Assembly: GCA_964487115.1 (NCBI GenBank)
Contig: CAZAPD010000078.1
Location: forward strand, 1-12,976
Direction: 5' to 3'
Length of the DNA stretch: 12,976 bases
From: an uncultured Thermococci archaeon
Lineage (GTDB): Archaea; Methanobacteriota_B; Thermococci; Thermococcales; Thermococcaceae
The first letter of the stretch is position 1. Each line of letters starts with the position of its first letter. A model generated the notes under the pieces. That model had not been told where the DNA came from and did not search any database. It saw only the letters and a list, made by a program, of their open reading frames with translations. Made by a program: the position numbers and the translations under genes. Below are positions 1 through 7,638 of the stretch, piece by piece.

Positions 1-30
1 GTTCCAATAAGACTTTAGGAGAATTGAAAA
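1..30 (+). CRISPR. Single CRISPR repeat (GTTCCAATAAGACTTTAGGAGAATTGAAAA), probably the trailer-end repeat of an array lying left of the window
   Basis: Matches the 30-nt Pyrococcus/Thermococcus repeat type GTTCCAATAAGACT...GAATTGAAAG with the ATTGAAA(N) 3' handle. No further repeat follows and a gene ends 25 bp later. Only one copy is visible. Confidence 0.88.
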
Positions 31-55
31 CCCAAAATAATTACAAATAGTCTTT

Positions 56-736
56 TCATGGTTTCACCTCCACGATCCCTCTCCCTATAATGGCGTAATA
101 GCTTTCGCCGGCACATTTTAGACAGAAGGGCTCTTCATTGATATAAACCACTCTTGTTGCCATAGCAAGCTCCCCGCATTTAGAACATCTTATGCTCTCA
201 AAAATTGGGGCTGGTTCAATGGGAGGCAATGTAACATGCTCTATCTTAAATTCTCTCTCTGGAAGGCGAATCATCTTCCTTCCAATTTCCTCCCATAACG
301 CTCTAAGGCGCTTGGCATCTCCTCCAGTCCCTTTTCTGTCCCTAACAACCATGTTAAAAAGTTCAACCGCCTCTGGTGGATAGTATTTCCTGAGTTTTTC
401 GGCATCTGCATAAACCCTGATTCCTTCCCACGTGCCCCTTTTTATTAATGTTAGTGCGGTTTTTCCCAGATCGAGATATATCAGGCTGTTGTTGCCCAGT
501 GTGCAGCCTGTAGCAATCTGCACCCCATCAACAAAACAGTTGTTGGTCTCGACTATGGCGAGAGTGCGCTCTCCAACACTTGCCTCAAAGTCAAGTCTTC
601 TAACTCCAAGCTTTTCCATTGCAATCATAGAAGCCCTCATTCCCAGTGCCACATATGGACATATATGACCGTGGAACTCTCTTGCAGCTTCCAGTAGCCC
701 TTCATAATTTTTGTTCATTATAAGTTCAGAGATCAT
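56..736 (-). CDS. FmdE-family (formylmethanofuran dehydrogenase subunit E-like) protein with C-terminal Zn finger
   Basis: FHGHICP and ETNNCFVDG...TGCTLG motifs of FmdE; C-terminal CSKC...CLKC; RBS AGGGTG upstream of the ATG. Confidence 0.88.
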   Translation of the reverse strand: MISELIMNKNYEGLLEAAREFHGHICPYVALGMRASMIAMEKLGVRRLDFEASVGERTLAIVETNNCFVDGVQIATGCTLGNNSLIYLDLGKTALTLIKRGTWEGIRVYADAEKLRKYYPPEAVELFNMVVRDRKGTGGDAKRLRALWEEIGRKMIRLPEREFKIEHVTLPPIEPAPIFESIRCSKCGELAMATRVVYINEEPFCLKCAGESYYAIIGRGIVEVKP

Positions 737-770
737 GGTAACACCCTAAAAAGAAATGTTGGCACGATGG

Positions 771-785
771 ATATAAGAGTTTTTA
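771..785 (-). promoter_or_regulatory. Putative BRE/TATA promoter of the FmdE-like gene
   Basis: Minus strand reads TAAAAACTCTTATAT, about 35 bp upstream of ATG 736. Confidence 0.55.
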
Positions 786-791
786 AATAAT

Positions 792-808
792 AACAAAAGG
801 TTGAAAAC
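792..808 (-). promoter_or_regulatory. Long SurR-binding motif GTT-N3-AAC-N5-GTT upstream of the BRE/TATA
   Basis: Plus strand AACaaaagGTTgaaAAC equals minus strand GTTttcAACcttttGTT, an exact match to the Thermococcales SurR consensus. Confidence 0.75.
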
Positions 809-816
809 AGTTGGAA

Positions 817-1233
817 TTAAACCAGATGCTTTCCTGTTGTCGTCATAACAAGCTTCCCGTGCTTTACTCCCTTGAGACTTATCAGCCGGTCTGCTATTTC
901 TTTAACACGCTTTGCCTTCCCTTTAACGACGACAACTTCAAGACAGTTATGTTTGTCCATATGCACGTGCAAACTTGAAACTATTTCATTGACATAGTCG
1001 TGCTGCAGATCAAGTAGTTCTTTAACGACATCAGCCTCATCATGGTTGTAGACTATCGTAATGGTACCAGCTACCTCTTCATCTCCTTTTTCCCATTCAT
1101 GTCTTACAATGAAATCCCTTATGAGGTCTCTTATGGCCTCGCTTCTGTTTGTGTAGCCCTTCCTCTCAATGATGCCATCAAACTCCGTGAGCAGATCATG
1201 GGGGATTGAAACACCAAAGCGCACTATCTTCAT
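817..1233 (-). CDS. nikR: Nickel-responsive transcriptional regulator NikR
   Basis: N-terminal ribbon-helix-helix (RFGVSI...[11 protein letters not shown]) and a metal-binding domain with LQH...[12 protein letters not shown] nickel ligands; RBS GGTGA. Confidence 0.96.
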   Translation of the reverse strand: MKIVRFGVSIPHDLLTEFDGIIERKGYTNRSEAIRDLIRDFIVRHEWEKGDEEVAGTITIVYNHDEADVVKELLDLQHDYVNEIVSSLHVHMDKHNCLEVVVVKGKAKRVKEIADRLISLKGVKHGKLVMTTTGKHLV

Positions 1234-1306
1234 GATATCACCACAATATATTCGAGAAGTAGCTTAAAATATTTGTGACAATGTTAGGGCAAGAGGGATA
1301 GCATTA

Positions 1307-1341
1307 TTTTTAAAGCGACATCTTTATTTCTTTTGGAGGTG
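1307..1341 (+). promoter_or_regulatory. Putative TATA box (TTTTTAAA, 1307-1314) and RBS (GGAGGTG, 1335-1341) of the hypA operon
   Basis: Canonical archaeal spacing upstream of ATG 1347. Confidence 0.55.
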
Positions 1342-1346
1342 CAAAA

Positions 1347-1760
1347 ATGCATGAATGGGCCTTAGCTGATGGTATTGTGAGAACAGCTATAGAATTTGCA
1401 AACATGCATGGTAAAGACAAAATTCTTGCCATTAGGGTTGTCCTTGGGGAGCTTCAGGACGTCAATGAGGAAATTCTGAAGTTTGCAATAGATGAAATCA
1501 AGAAGGGCACGATTGCTGAAGATGCAGATGTGGAGTTCGTCCTTGAGGAGGCTGAATTCAGATGCAGGAACTGTGGTTATGGATGGAAGCTCAGGGATGT
1601 GAAGGAGAACTTTAACGAGCGCATAAAGGAAGATATACACTTCATTCCCGAAGTTGTGCATGCCTTCCTCTCATGCCCTAACTGTGGAAGCAGAGATTTT
1701 GAGGTTGTGAAGGGGAGGGGGGTTTATCTCTCTGCTATAAAGGTTGAGGGAGAGGAATGA
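1347..1760 (+). CDS. hypA: Hydrogenase nickel incorporation protein HypA
   Basis: N-terminal MHE nickel motif, two CxxC motifs (CRNC, CPNC) and the Thermococcales-type insertion containing IHFIPE. Confidence 0.96.
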   Translation: MHEWALADGIVRTAIEFANMHGKDKILAIRVVLGELQDVNEEILKFAIDEIKKGTIAEDADVEFVLEEAEFRCRNCGYGWKLRDVKENFNERIKEDIHFIPEVVHAFLSCPNCGSRDFEVVKGRGVYLSAIKVEGEE

Positions 1761-1763
1761 GCC

Positions 1764-2498
1764 ATGATAGGTGCCGTTGACCCAAGAATTAAAGCAATCG
1801 AAGCTCGTCTTGAGAAGGTCAAAAGGATAATCCCGGTTGTTAGCGGAAAAGGTGGTGTGGGGAAGTCACTGATTTCAACGACCCTCGCACTTATCTTGGC
1901 AGAGAAAGGTTACAGGGTCGGTCTCCTTGATCTCGATTTCCATGGGGCAAGCGACCATGTTATTCTCGGCTTTGAACCCAAGGAGTTCCCTGAAGAAGAC
2001 AGGGGTATCCTTCCTCCCGAAATCCACGGAGTCAAGTTCATGAGCATCATTTACTACTCCGAGGATCGACCAACGCCCATGAGAGGAATGGAAATCAGCG
2101 ATGCACTTATAGAGCTTCTCGCTATAACTCGTTGGGAGGAACTGGATTACCTAATCATAGACATGCCTCCTGGGATGGGAGATCAGCTTCTTGATATACT
2201 CAGGTTCCTCAGGAGAGGAGAGTTTCTGGTTGTTGCAACACCATCAAAACTGGCAATAAGCGTTGTAAGAAAGCTCCTGCTCTTACTAAAGGAACAGGAC
2301 CTGAAAATCCTCGGCATAATTGAAAATATGAAATTGGATGATGAAGAAAACATCAGGACACTCGCTAATGAGTTCAGCATCCCCTATCTTGCAGAAATAC
2401 CTCTCTACAGGGATCTTGATGAAAAGCTCGGAGATGTCGAAGCTCTAATGAAAAGCGAATTCGCTGAAAGGATAAGAAAAGCTGCAAATTCCCTTTAA
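1764..2498 (+). CDS. hypB: Mrp/MinD-family ATPase acting as ATPase-type HypB
   Basis: Deviant Walker A GKGGVGKS, DLDFHG, DMPPG and ENM motifs. Lacks the CxxC that follows ENM in ApbC/Nbp35 carriers. Lies 3 bp downstream of hypA, the known Thermococcales arrangement. Confidence 0.85.
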   Translation: MIGAVDPRIKAIEARLEKVKRIIPVVSGKGGVGKSLISTTLALILAEKGYRVGLLDLDFHGASDHVILGFEPKEFPEEDRGILPPEIHGVKFMSIIYYSEDRPTPMRGMEISDALIELLAITRWEELDYLIIDMPPGMGDQLLDILRFLRRGEFLVVATPSKLAISVVRKLLLLLKEQDLKILGIIENMKLDDEENIRTLANEFSIPYLAEIPLYRDLDEKLGDVEALMKSEFAERIRKAANSL

Positions 2499-2522
2499 TT
2501 TTCCCGCAGATTGGGGATAGAA

Positions 2523-2993
2523 ATGAATCTCAAGAAAATCCTCAAGGATGCAGGAAAGGTTGTAATCTGTGGTATAGGGAATGAGAACAGAGGAGATGAT
2601 GCTTTTGGTGTTGTTGTAGCGGAGAAACTGAAGGAGATTTTGCACAATCCCAGAATAGCTGTGATAAACTGTGGAGAGGTTCCTGAGAGCTATACAGGGG
2701 TCATAAAAAGATACAAGCCAGATGTTGTACTTTTTGTGGATGCAATCGAATTCGGAGGGGAACCCGGGGAAATGATCATTGCGGACCCCGAGGGAACACT
2801 CGGCACTTCAGCCTCGACGCACAGTCTTCCGCTCAAGGTGCTGGTTCAGTATCTGAAAACCGAGCTGAAGAACACTCAATTTGTTCTGGTGGGGTGCCAG
2901 CCAAAAAGCACTGCGCTCTTTGGTGAGATGAGCGAAGAAATTAAAAAAAGTTCCGAAGAGCTCGTTAGAATGCTAATTGATTCACTGAAATAA
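2523..2993 (+). CDS. hycI: Hydrogenase maturation endopeptidase, HycI type
   Basis: GIGNENRGDDAFG, VDA and STHSLPL motifs. ATG 2523 is preceded by GGGGA and preferred to TTG 2511. Confidence 0.92.
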   Translation: MNLKKILKDAGKVVICGIGNENRGDDAFGVVVAEKLKEILHNPRIAVINCGEVPESYTGVIKRYKPDVVLFVDAIEFGGEPGEMIIADPEGTLGTSASTHSLPLKVLVQYLKTELKNTQFVLVGCQPKSTALFGEMSEEIKKSSEELVRMLIDSLK

Positions 2994-3884
2994 TAACTCC
3001 CCTTCTTCAACACTCACAGTCTCCGTGGTCCGTGTGATCAGCGCCCCTCTTCCCTTATACACATACTTCCGCATAGAGCCCGGTGGAACGCCGTTGCTTT
3101 CATATATCACGCTCTGGATATCCGGATCTGTGTACAGCAGAAGTGTGGGCCCGGCAATGTTGAGAATTGAATCTATGGCGTATCTTGTGCCTAGGACAGT
3201 CACCCTCTTCCTCGCAGGTCTCGTCAGAAGAGGCATCGCAGCACTTCCAGCAGTCGTATAAGCCAAAACAGCGGCATCATCAATGCCAACCATTACTCCT
3301 CTCTTCTTCTCAACCGCCGCAGCGAGAACCAGAAACGCCGTTCCAACAATGCTTATACTGTGAGCATCCCCCAGATTTACCAGAACGCTCTTACCCAGCT
3401 CTGGCGGTTTCCCTTTGTAAAACGCCTCATCAAGTGCAGTATAACTTTCAAGGATGACCTCGCTGTATTTTTCGCCGGCTTTAGTGGCTTCAGGAACGCT
3501 TGAAATTTTTCCCTGGAGAATATCAACATAAAGCCTGTCAGTGAGGGTTCTATCAAGCTCATAAACCGTCTGGATAAGAGTTGCGGCACTGTACAAGTCC
3601 ATCATGCCCATCTTCGCCATCTTTATAGGGTCCAGACCGCTTGGTTTTCCGTCTTCTATTTTTATAACGGTATCAAAACCTTCTCCGGGAAACTCTCCGT
3701 GAGTATCAAAAATTATCGCACCGTAGCCGAGGGCCCTGTATCTGTCTGCCAGATACTTCAAAACCCTCAGAGGATCGTCATCAATTCCGAAAACCTTCAG
3801 AGTTCTCCCGTGGTAAATTGGGTCATAATATATGCTCTTCTCCTCATCCCTGAGGAGTTCAACAGCCAGTTTGCTATACTTCAT
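2982..3884 (-). CDS. Hypothetical protein with a HerA/VirB4-like P-loop fold, apparently lacking Walker A
   Basis: AIIFDTHGEF, LDP, VMVGIDDA (Walker B-like), ARK and VLGTR follow HerA/VirB4 motif order, but there is no GxxGxGK[ST]. ATG 3884 has RBS GGTGG and a TATA-like TTTATA at 3916-3921. Confidence 0.7.
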   Translation of the reverse strand: MKYSKLAVELLRDEEKSIYYDPIYHGRTLKVFGIDDDPLRVLKYLADRYRALGYGAIIFDTHGEFPGEGFDTVIKIEDGKPSGLDPIKMAKMGMMDLYSAATLIQTVYELDRTLTDRLYVDILQGKISSVPEATKAGEKYSEVILESYTALDEAFYKGKPPELGKSVLVNLGDAHSISIVGTAFLVLAAAVEKKRGVMVGIDDAAVLAYTTAGSAAMPLLTRPARKRVTVLGTRYAIDSILNIAGPTLLLYTDPDIQSVIYESNGVPPGSMRKYVYKGRGALITRTTETVSVEEGELLFQ

Positions 3885-3952
3885 AAACCCCACCGTTCTA
3901 ATATCGCCTTTGAGGTATAAAGGGATTCTGGTTCAGGTATGAAAACAGAAAA

Positions 3953-5083
3953 TCAAATAACCTTTATCATCCTTTCTGCCCACGGACTTATGCGCACTCT
4001 CATATAACCCCTTAACCTTTCATCAACTTCTTTGTCTCCTGTATAAACCCGCACCATCCCTTTTTCAATCTTTGAAGGTGTTGCAACAATTATTATGTTT
4101 TCCTTTGGTATGTGCCTGAGAACCTCAGCCGAAAACTGCTGATTGCCCCTTCCAAAAAGGAAGTTGAGTCCTCCGATTACTGTAACAATGATTTTTGGAT
4201 TTTTATCAACAAAATGGAGCAGATCTCTCTCTTGAGCATCCTTGATTAGAAGTCTTGCTTTTCCATCCTTAATCTCAACAATATCAACACCCAAAAGGGT
4301 TCCATTTATACCAAGTTTGTCCTTAAGTCTCTTGATGGTCGACCCTGCACCGAGGAAGTATATGCCGTCCTCAAGCTCTTCATAAAGAGCCTCAATTATC
4401 GCTTCTATGTCCTCGGCTTCATTCGTCCTGCTCGGTTCTTTAGCTCCCTGAACGAGGAGCTCGATATAGGGAGTCAAAGCCCTTCCATAATGCCGCGGTC
4501 TGATCTCATCACGTCTAAAGGCATTCTCATCCAGATCCATGATATCCCTCTCAATTACTTGGGCGTTTCCTCTAATAAATTCCACAAGGATTCTGGCGGC
4601 ATCTTCAGGTGAGGCTGCAAAAATACCGGAAAACATTTTTACACCAGTAGGGATTCCGAGAATGGGTCTCTTCCGGCCAATAGCGAGATATATATCCCTC
4701 GCCGTCCCATCTCCCCCAGCAAAGAGTATAAGGTCTGTCCTTTCCGCCATAATTCGAGCGAGAGTTCTGGTGTCCTCACTGCTTGTATCAGGAATTTCGA
4801 CTCCAAGGACATTTTTATACTTAATTTCCCTGTGTTTGATAACCTCAAATTGAAAATTTGAATTTTTTAGGGCATTTTCACCCAGACCATCGGGTCCTGT
4901 TAAGAACTCAATTTTCCTGCTCTCTGGGTAGTGGGAGAGCTCATGAAGACAGAGTTTTGCAAGATCCAAAGCTATTGGACGCGCTCCTCGTCGGATAGCC
5001 TCCTCAACAACACCATCTGTGCCTTTAAGGGCAACTTTTCCACCCATTCCTGCTATTGGATTGACAATAAGCCCAATTTTCAC
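3953..5083 (-). CDS. ATP-NAD kinase-family protein (COG3199/AcoX-like)
   Basis: IVNPIAGMGG, GGDGT signature, GVKMFSG and GRGNQQ. GTG 5083 is preceded by RBS GAGGTGA. Confidence 0.85.
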   Translation of the reverse strand: MKIGLIVNPIAGMGGKVALKGTDGVVEEAIRRGARPIALDLAKLCLHELSHYPESRKIEFLTGPDGLGENALKNSNFQFEVIKHREIKYKNVLGVEIPDTSSEDTRTLARIMAERTDLILFAGGDGTARDIYLAIGRKRPILGIPTGVKMFSGIFAASPEDAARILVEFIRGNAQVIERDIMDLDENAFRRDEIRPRHYGRALTPYIELLVQGAKEPSRTNEAEDIEAIIEALYEELEDGIYFLGAGSTIKRLKDKLGINGTLLGVDIVEIKDGKARLLIKDAQERDLLHFVDKNPKIIVTVIGGLNFLFGRGNQQFSAEVLRHIPKENIIIVATPSKIEKGMVRVYTGDKEVDERLRGYMRVRISPWAERMIKVI

Positions 5084-5088
5084 TTTTA

Positions 5089-6534
5089 TCACCTCATGTA
5101 TTTTCTGGCAAAGACCGTCAGAAATACAGCCCACATAAACATTCCAAAAAGAGCCTCAAGAGAAGCAAAAATTCTTCCAATCCCTATAGGGTGATAATCC
5201 CCATAACCTAAGGTTGTTGCTGTAACTATGCTGAAATATTCATAGTCGAGAAAAGAACTCAATGCCACTTTTAAGCCCTCAACACTGCCGGTTAAATAAT
5301 AAAGAAATGGAAAAAGAATATTGACTGCTGCAAGCCATATTAAAATTGGTCTCTTCCAGTCAGTTCCATATCTGCAGGTTAGATCAACAAAGAGCCACTC
5401 GAAATATGCCTCGGCCTTACGGAGGAACCGTGTGAATCTTCTACCTTTAACATTGAGTTTTTCTTTCCTCTTAGCTAACATCTCAAGATAATAATACTCA
5501 TCGGCTCTTTCTTTGTCACCACTCTTTTCCCAGCTGGTTCTGGCTAAGCGGTAGAATATTTCCTCCATTCTTGGATTATTGAATCTGCATTTCTCCACTA
5601 TTATAAAACCGGATACATTTAATTCGGCTATTAAATTTGGAAGAACCGTTAGATTCCACGTTGAATCCCCATAAAAACTTGTTCCTTTAAGAACCAGATT
5701 GTTATGTATTGCTACATGAATGAACTCAGGAATCTTAATTCTCCCCCCAAAGATCTCCATATGTCCCAAAATCTCAAGATTTTCGAGCAAAAGCTGTCCA
5801 TGAAAATTCCTTATGCTCAACCGAACTTGTCGTTTGAATCTTGGATTGGGATCAAACTGAATATACCGTATAACCAGCAGTTCTGCCTTAACAATTTTTC
5901 TGCGTTCTTTTATTTCGATTTCAAGCTCTTTTAGATATCTCCTCATAAGGGGATATGTAACGTTGAAAGTTATACGCCGAACATCACGTAAGTTGGATAG
6001 CTCAATTCTACCATAAACATGCCCCTTCTCCCCATATTCCTCCTCACTGGGTTTTTCTTTTCCAACATGTTCCACAGAGTTCATCATCAAATACCTGACT
6101 ATGCTGTCCCTTACATATATGGAACTCTCAAATTTTGCATGAAGGATATTAAGACCAAATACCCGGCAGTTTTTTACTAAAAATGTTTTACATTTGCTAT
6201 TAATGAAAACCAAACGGTTTATTGTGCAGTCATGGAGCATCAATCCCCCAATATCTGAACTTTCAATAACCAGATGCCGTATTCTGGAGTTCTTAAAAAT
6301 CAAGCCTTTTTCACTTTTAAATTCCGAGATCATAACATCATAAAGATAAACCCCCTCAAAATACGTGCCACCATTTTGAATTTCTTGAGCAAAAACTTTT
6401 TCTTTTATTTTCTTTATCTCGTCACCGAATAGTTTCTCCCCTTCATCATAGGGAATATGCAATGGACAATATTTTGAACCTTCCACCGCTTTCAGCCCAC
6501 ATCTTCTACCATTCTCATAGACATACTCGCACAT
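5089..6534 (-). CDS. Two-TM potassium-channel-family protein with a long N-terminal cytoplasmic extension
   Basis: Pore helix and filter YFSIVTATTLGYGD flanked by hydrophobic helices at the C-terminus. N-terminal C-x9-C-x10-C-x2-H followed by a beta-solenoid-like region. ATG 6534 has RBS GGGTG. Confidence 0.85.
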   Translation of the reverse strand: MCEYVYENGRRCGLKAVEGSKYCPLHIPYDEGEKLFGDEIKKIKEKVFAQEIQNGGTYFEGVYLYDVMISEFKSEKGLIFKNSRIRHLVIESSDIGGLMLHDCTINRLVFINSKCKTFLVKNCRVFGLNILHAKFESSIYVRDSIVRYLMMNSVEHVGKEKPSEEEYGEKGHVYGRIELSNLRDVRRITFNVTYPLMRRYLKELEIEIKERRKIVKAELLVIRYIQFDPNPRFKRQVRLSIRNFHGQLLLENLEILGHMEIFGGRIKIPEFIHVAIHNNLVLKGTSFYGDSTWNLTVLPNLIAELNVSGFIIVEKCRFNNPRMEEIFYRLARTSWEKSGDKERADEYYYLEMLAKRKEKLNVKGRRFTRFLRKAEAYFEWLFVDLTCRYGTDWKRPILIWLAAVNILFPFLYYLTGSVEGLKVALSSFLDYEYFSIVTATTLGYGDYHPIGIGRIFASLEALFGMFMWAVFLTVFARKYMR

Positions 6535-6599
6535 TCGTAGCACCCAAGCCAGTTATTCTCAGGATATAAACTTCATGCGGAATATATTAAACTTTAACC

Positions 6600-7547
6600 T
6601 CAAACCCTACTTTTCAATTTTCTCATGTAGAATCTTTTTCCATTGTATTCAACTTTGATTAATTTCCCTGCTTTTAGAAGATTCTCAACAACACTCCACT
6701 CAGCATTGGCTTTTTCAAGGAGCTTCTTAACTGCATCTTCCCTCATTGGATGCACAGCAGTTATGCCCAGCAGATCCTCTTCAATATTCCCCGTGAAGGC
6801 AAAGGTATTTCCTTCATAACCAATAAGATATTCGACTCTTTCCCCTCCAAGAACTTCCGCAAAGGTTTGGAATGCCTGATTTATAACCTCTTCCTTTGGG
6901 GGTTTTACCCATTTCTCCCATGGAGGTCTTGTAGGGACTGCTATATATGCCACGTCGGGATTTAACTCTTTGAGGAAGTCCGCAATTTTCTCAAATTCCT
7001 CTCCGTAGTCAATGTCATCTATAAGCATTGTCTCGGTTACAAGCCTTCCCTTAAACTCATCCCTAAATTCAAGCATCCCCTCAAGTATTTTTTCCAGTTT
7101 GAGAGTCTTGTGAGGCCTATCAATTCTTCTCCAGAGGACCTCACTGATTGTATCGAGCTTGAGGGAGACAAAATCAAATCCCAAAAGCTCTTCTCTAACG
7201 TCTTCACGCCATACAAGAGAGGAATTTGTAAGAACCGCAAGGGGAATCCCAAATTCCCTCAGGAGATCTCTTTCCTCCCCGAGATTTATATCAAGAGTCG
7301 GCTCGCCATCAGGGACAAATGTCAGATAATCGATTTCCTCTTTCTGACTTCTGCTCTCATTAATCTTCCTTTCCACCTCCCGGAATATGAAATCAGGCTC
7401 GTAGAAATGCCGTCTCTTAACTTCCATCTTCAGTGTCTTTCCTATCTGACAGTAGACACAGGCATAAGAGCACACTTTATCTGGAATGTTGTTTATTCCA
7501 AGACTCTTTCCGAGACGACGTGAGGGAACTGGGCCGAAAGCTATCAT
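6600..7547 (-). CDS. Radical SAM protein (COG0731-like Fe-S oxidoreductase)
   Basis: FGPVPSRRLGKSLG, CSYACVYC (CxxxCxxC), DGEPTL and LTNSS. ATG 7547 is preceded by GGTGGT. Confidence 0.9.
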   Translation of the reverse strand: MIAFGPVPSRRLGKSLGINNIPDKVCSYACVYCQIGKTLKMEVKRRHFYEPDFIFREVERKINESRSQKEEIDYLTFVPDGEPTLDINLGEERDLLREFGIPLAVLTNSSLVWREDVREELLGFDFVSLKLDTISEVLWRRIDRPHKTLKLEKILEGMLEFRDEFKGRLVTETMLIDDIDYGEEFEKIADFLKELNPDVAYIAVPTRPPWEKWVKPPKEEVINQAFQTFAEVLGGERVEYLIGYEGNTFAFTGNIEEDLLGITAVHPMREDAVKKLLEKANAEWSVVENLLKAGKLIKVEYNGKRFYMRKLKSRV

Positions 7548-7560
7548 ACCACCACCGGAA

Positions 7561-7574
7561 TTAGGTGAGCCTAA
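7561..7574. promoter_or_regulatory. Palindromic operator TTAGG-TGAG-CCTAA (DtxR/IdeR-like) between the TATA box and the start of the radical SAM gene
   Basis: Perfect 5-4-5 palindrome. A minus-strand BRE/TATA (CAAAAG-TTTATA, about 7580-7591) lies just upstream. Confidence 0.6.
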
Positions 7575-7638
7575 AAGCGTATAAACTTTTGCCTTTGGTT
7601 GGAATTGGGATAGCTGCACTATTTAAGCACACATCACC

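Noticed and set aside
9..54. AAGACT/AGTCTT inverted match between the CRISPR repeat and the trailer
   Set aside because: Only 6 bp, which is compatible with chance.
56..736. Evidence of methanogenesis or a formylmethanofuran dehydrogenase operon
   Set aside because: No catalytic fmd/fwd subunits are present, and stand-alone FmdE-like genes are widespread.
1236..1252. TATCAC as a TGM (TrmBL1/Tgr) half-site
   Set aside because: There is no GTGATA partner at N5. It is simply the reverse complement of the nikR RBS.
1234..1346. NikR or SurR operator in the nikR/hypA divergent region (CACAA 1242-1246 ... TTGTG 1273-1277)
   Set aside because: The arms are only 5 bp and do not extend. There is no GTATGA-N16-TCATAC-like site and no GTT-N3-AAC. 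A site may exist but cannot be supported from the sequence.
1764..2498. Annotation as Fe-S carrier ApbC/Nbp35
   Set aside because: There is no CxxC after ENM and no Cys in the protein. The hypA-hycI context fits ATPase-type HypB.
6600..7547. Calling the radical SAM protein Taw1/TYW1 or a specific known enzyme
   Set aside because: Only family-level motifs are recognisable, so a specific function cannot be assigned by eye.
7548..7619. Longer N-termini from the ORF track (7619, also 2511, 3893, 5134, 6543, 12609)
   Set aside because: The extensions run through promoters, RBSs or neighbouring genes. The downstream starts have proper RBSs and match family N-termini.
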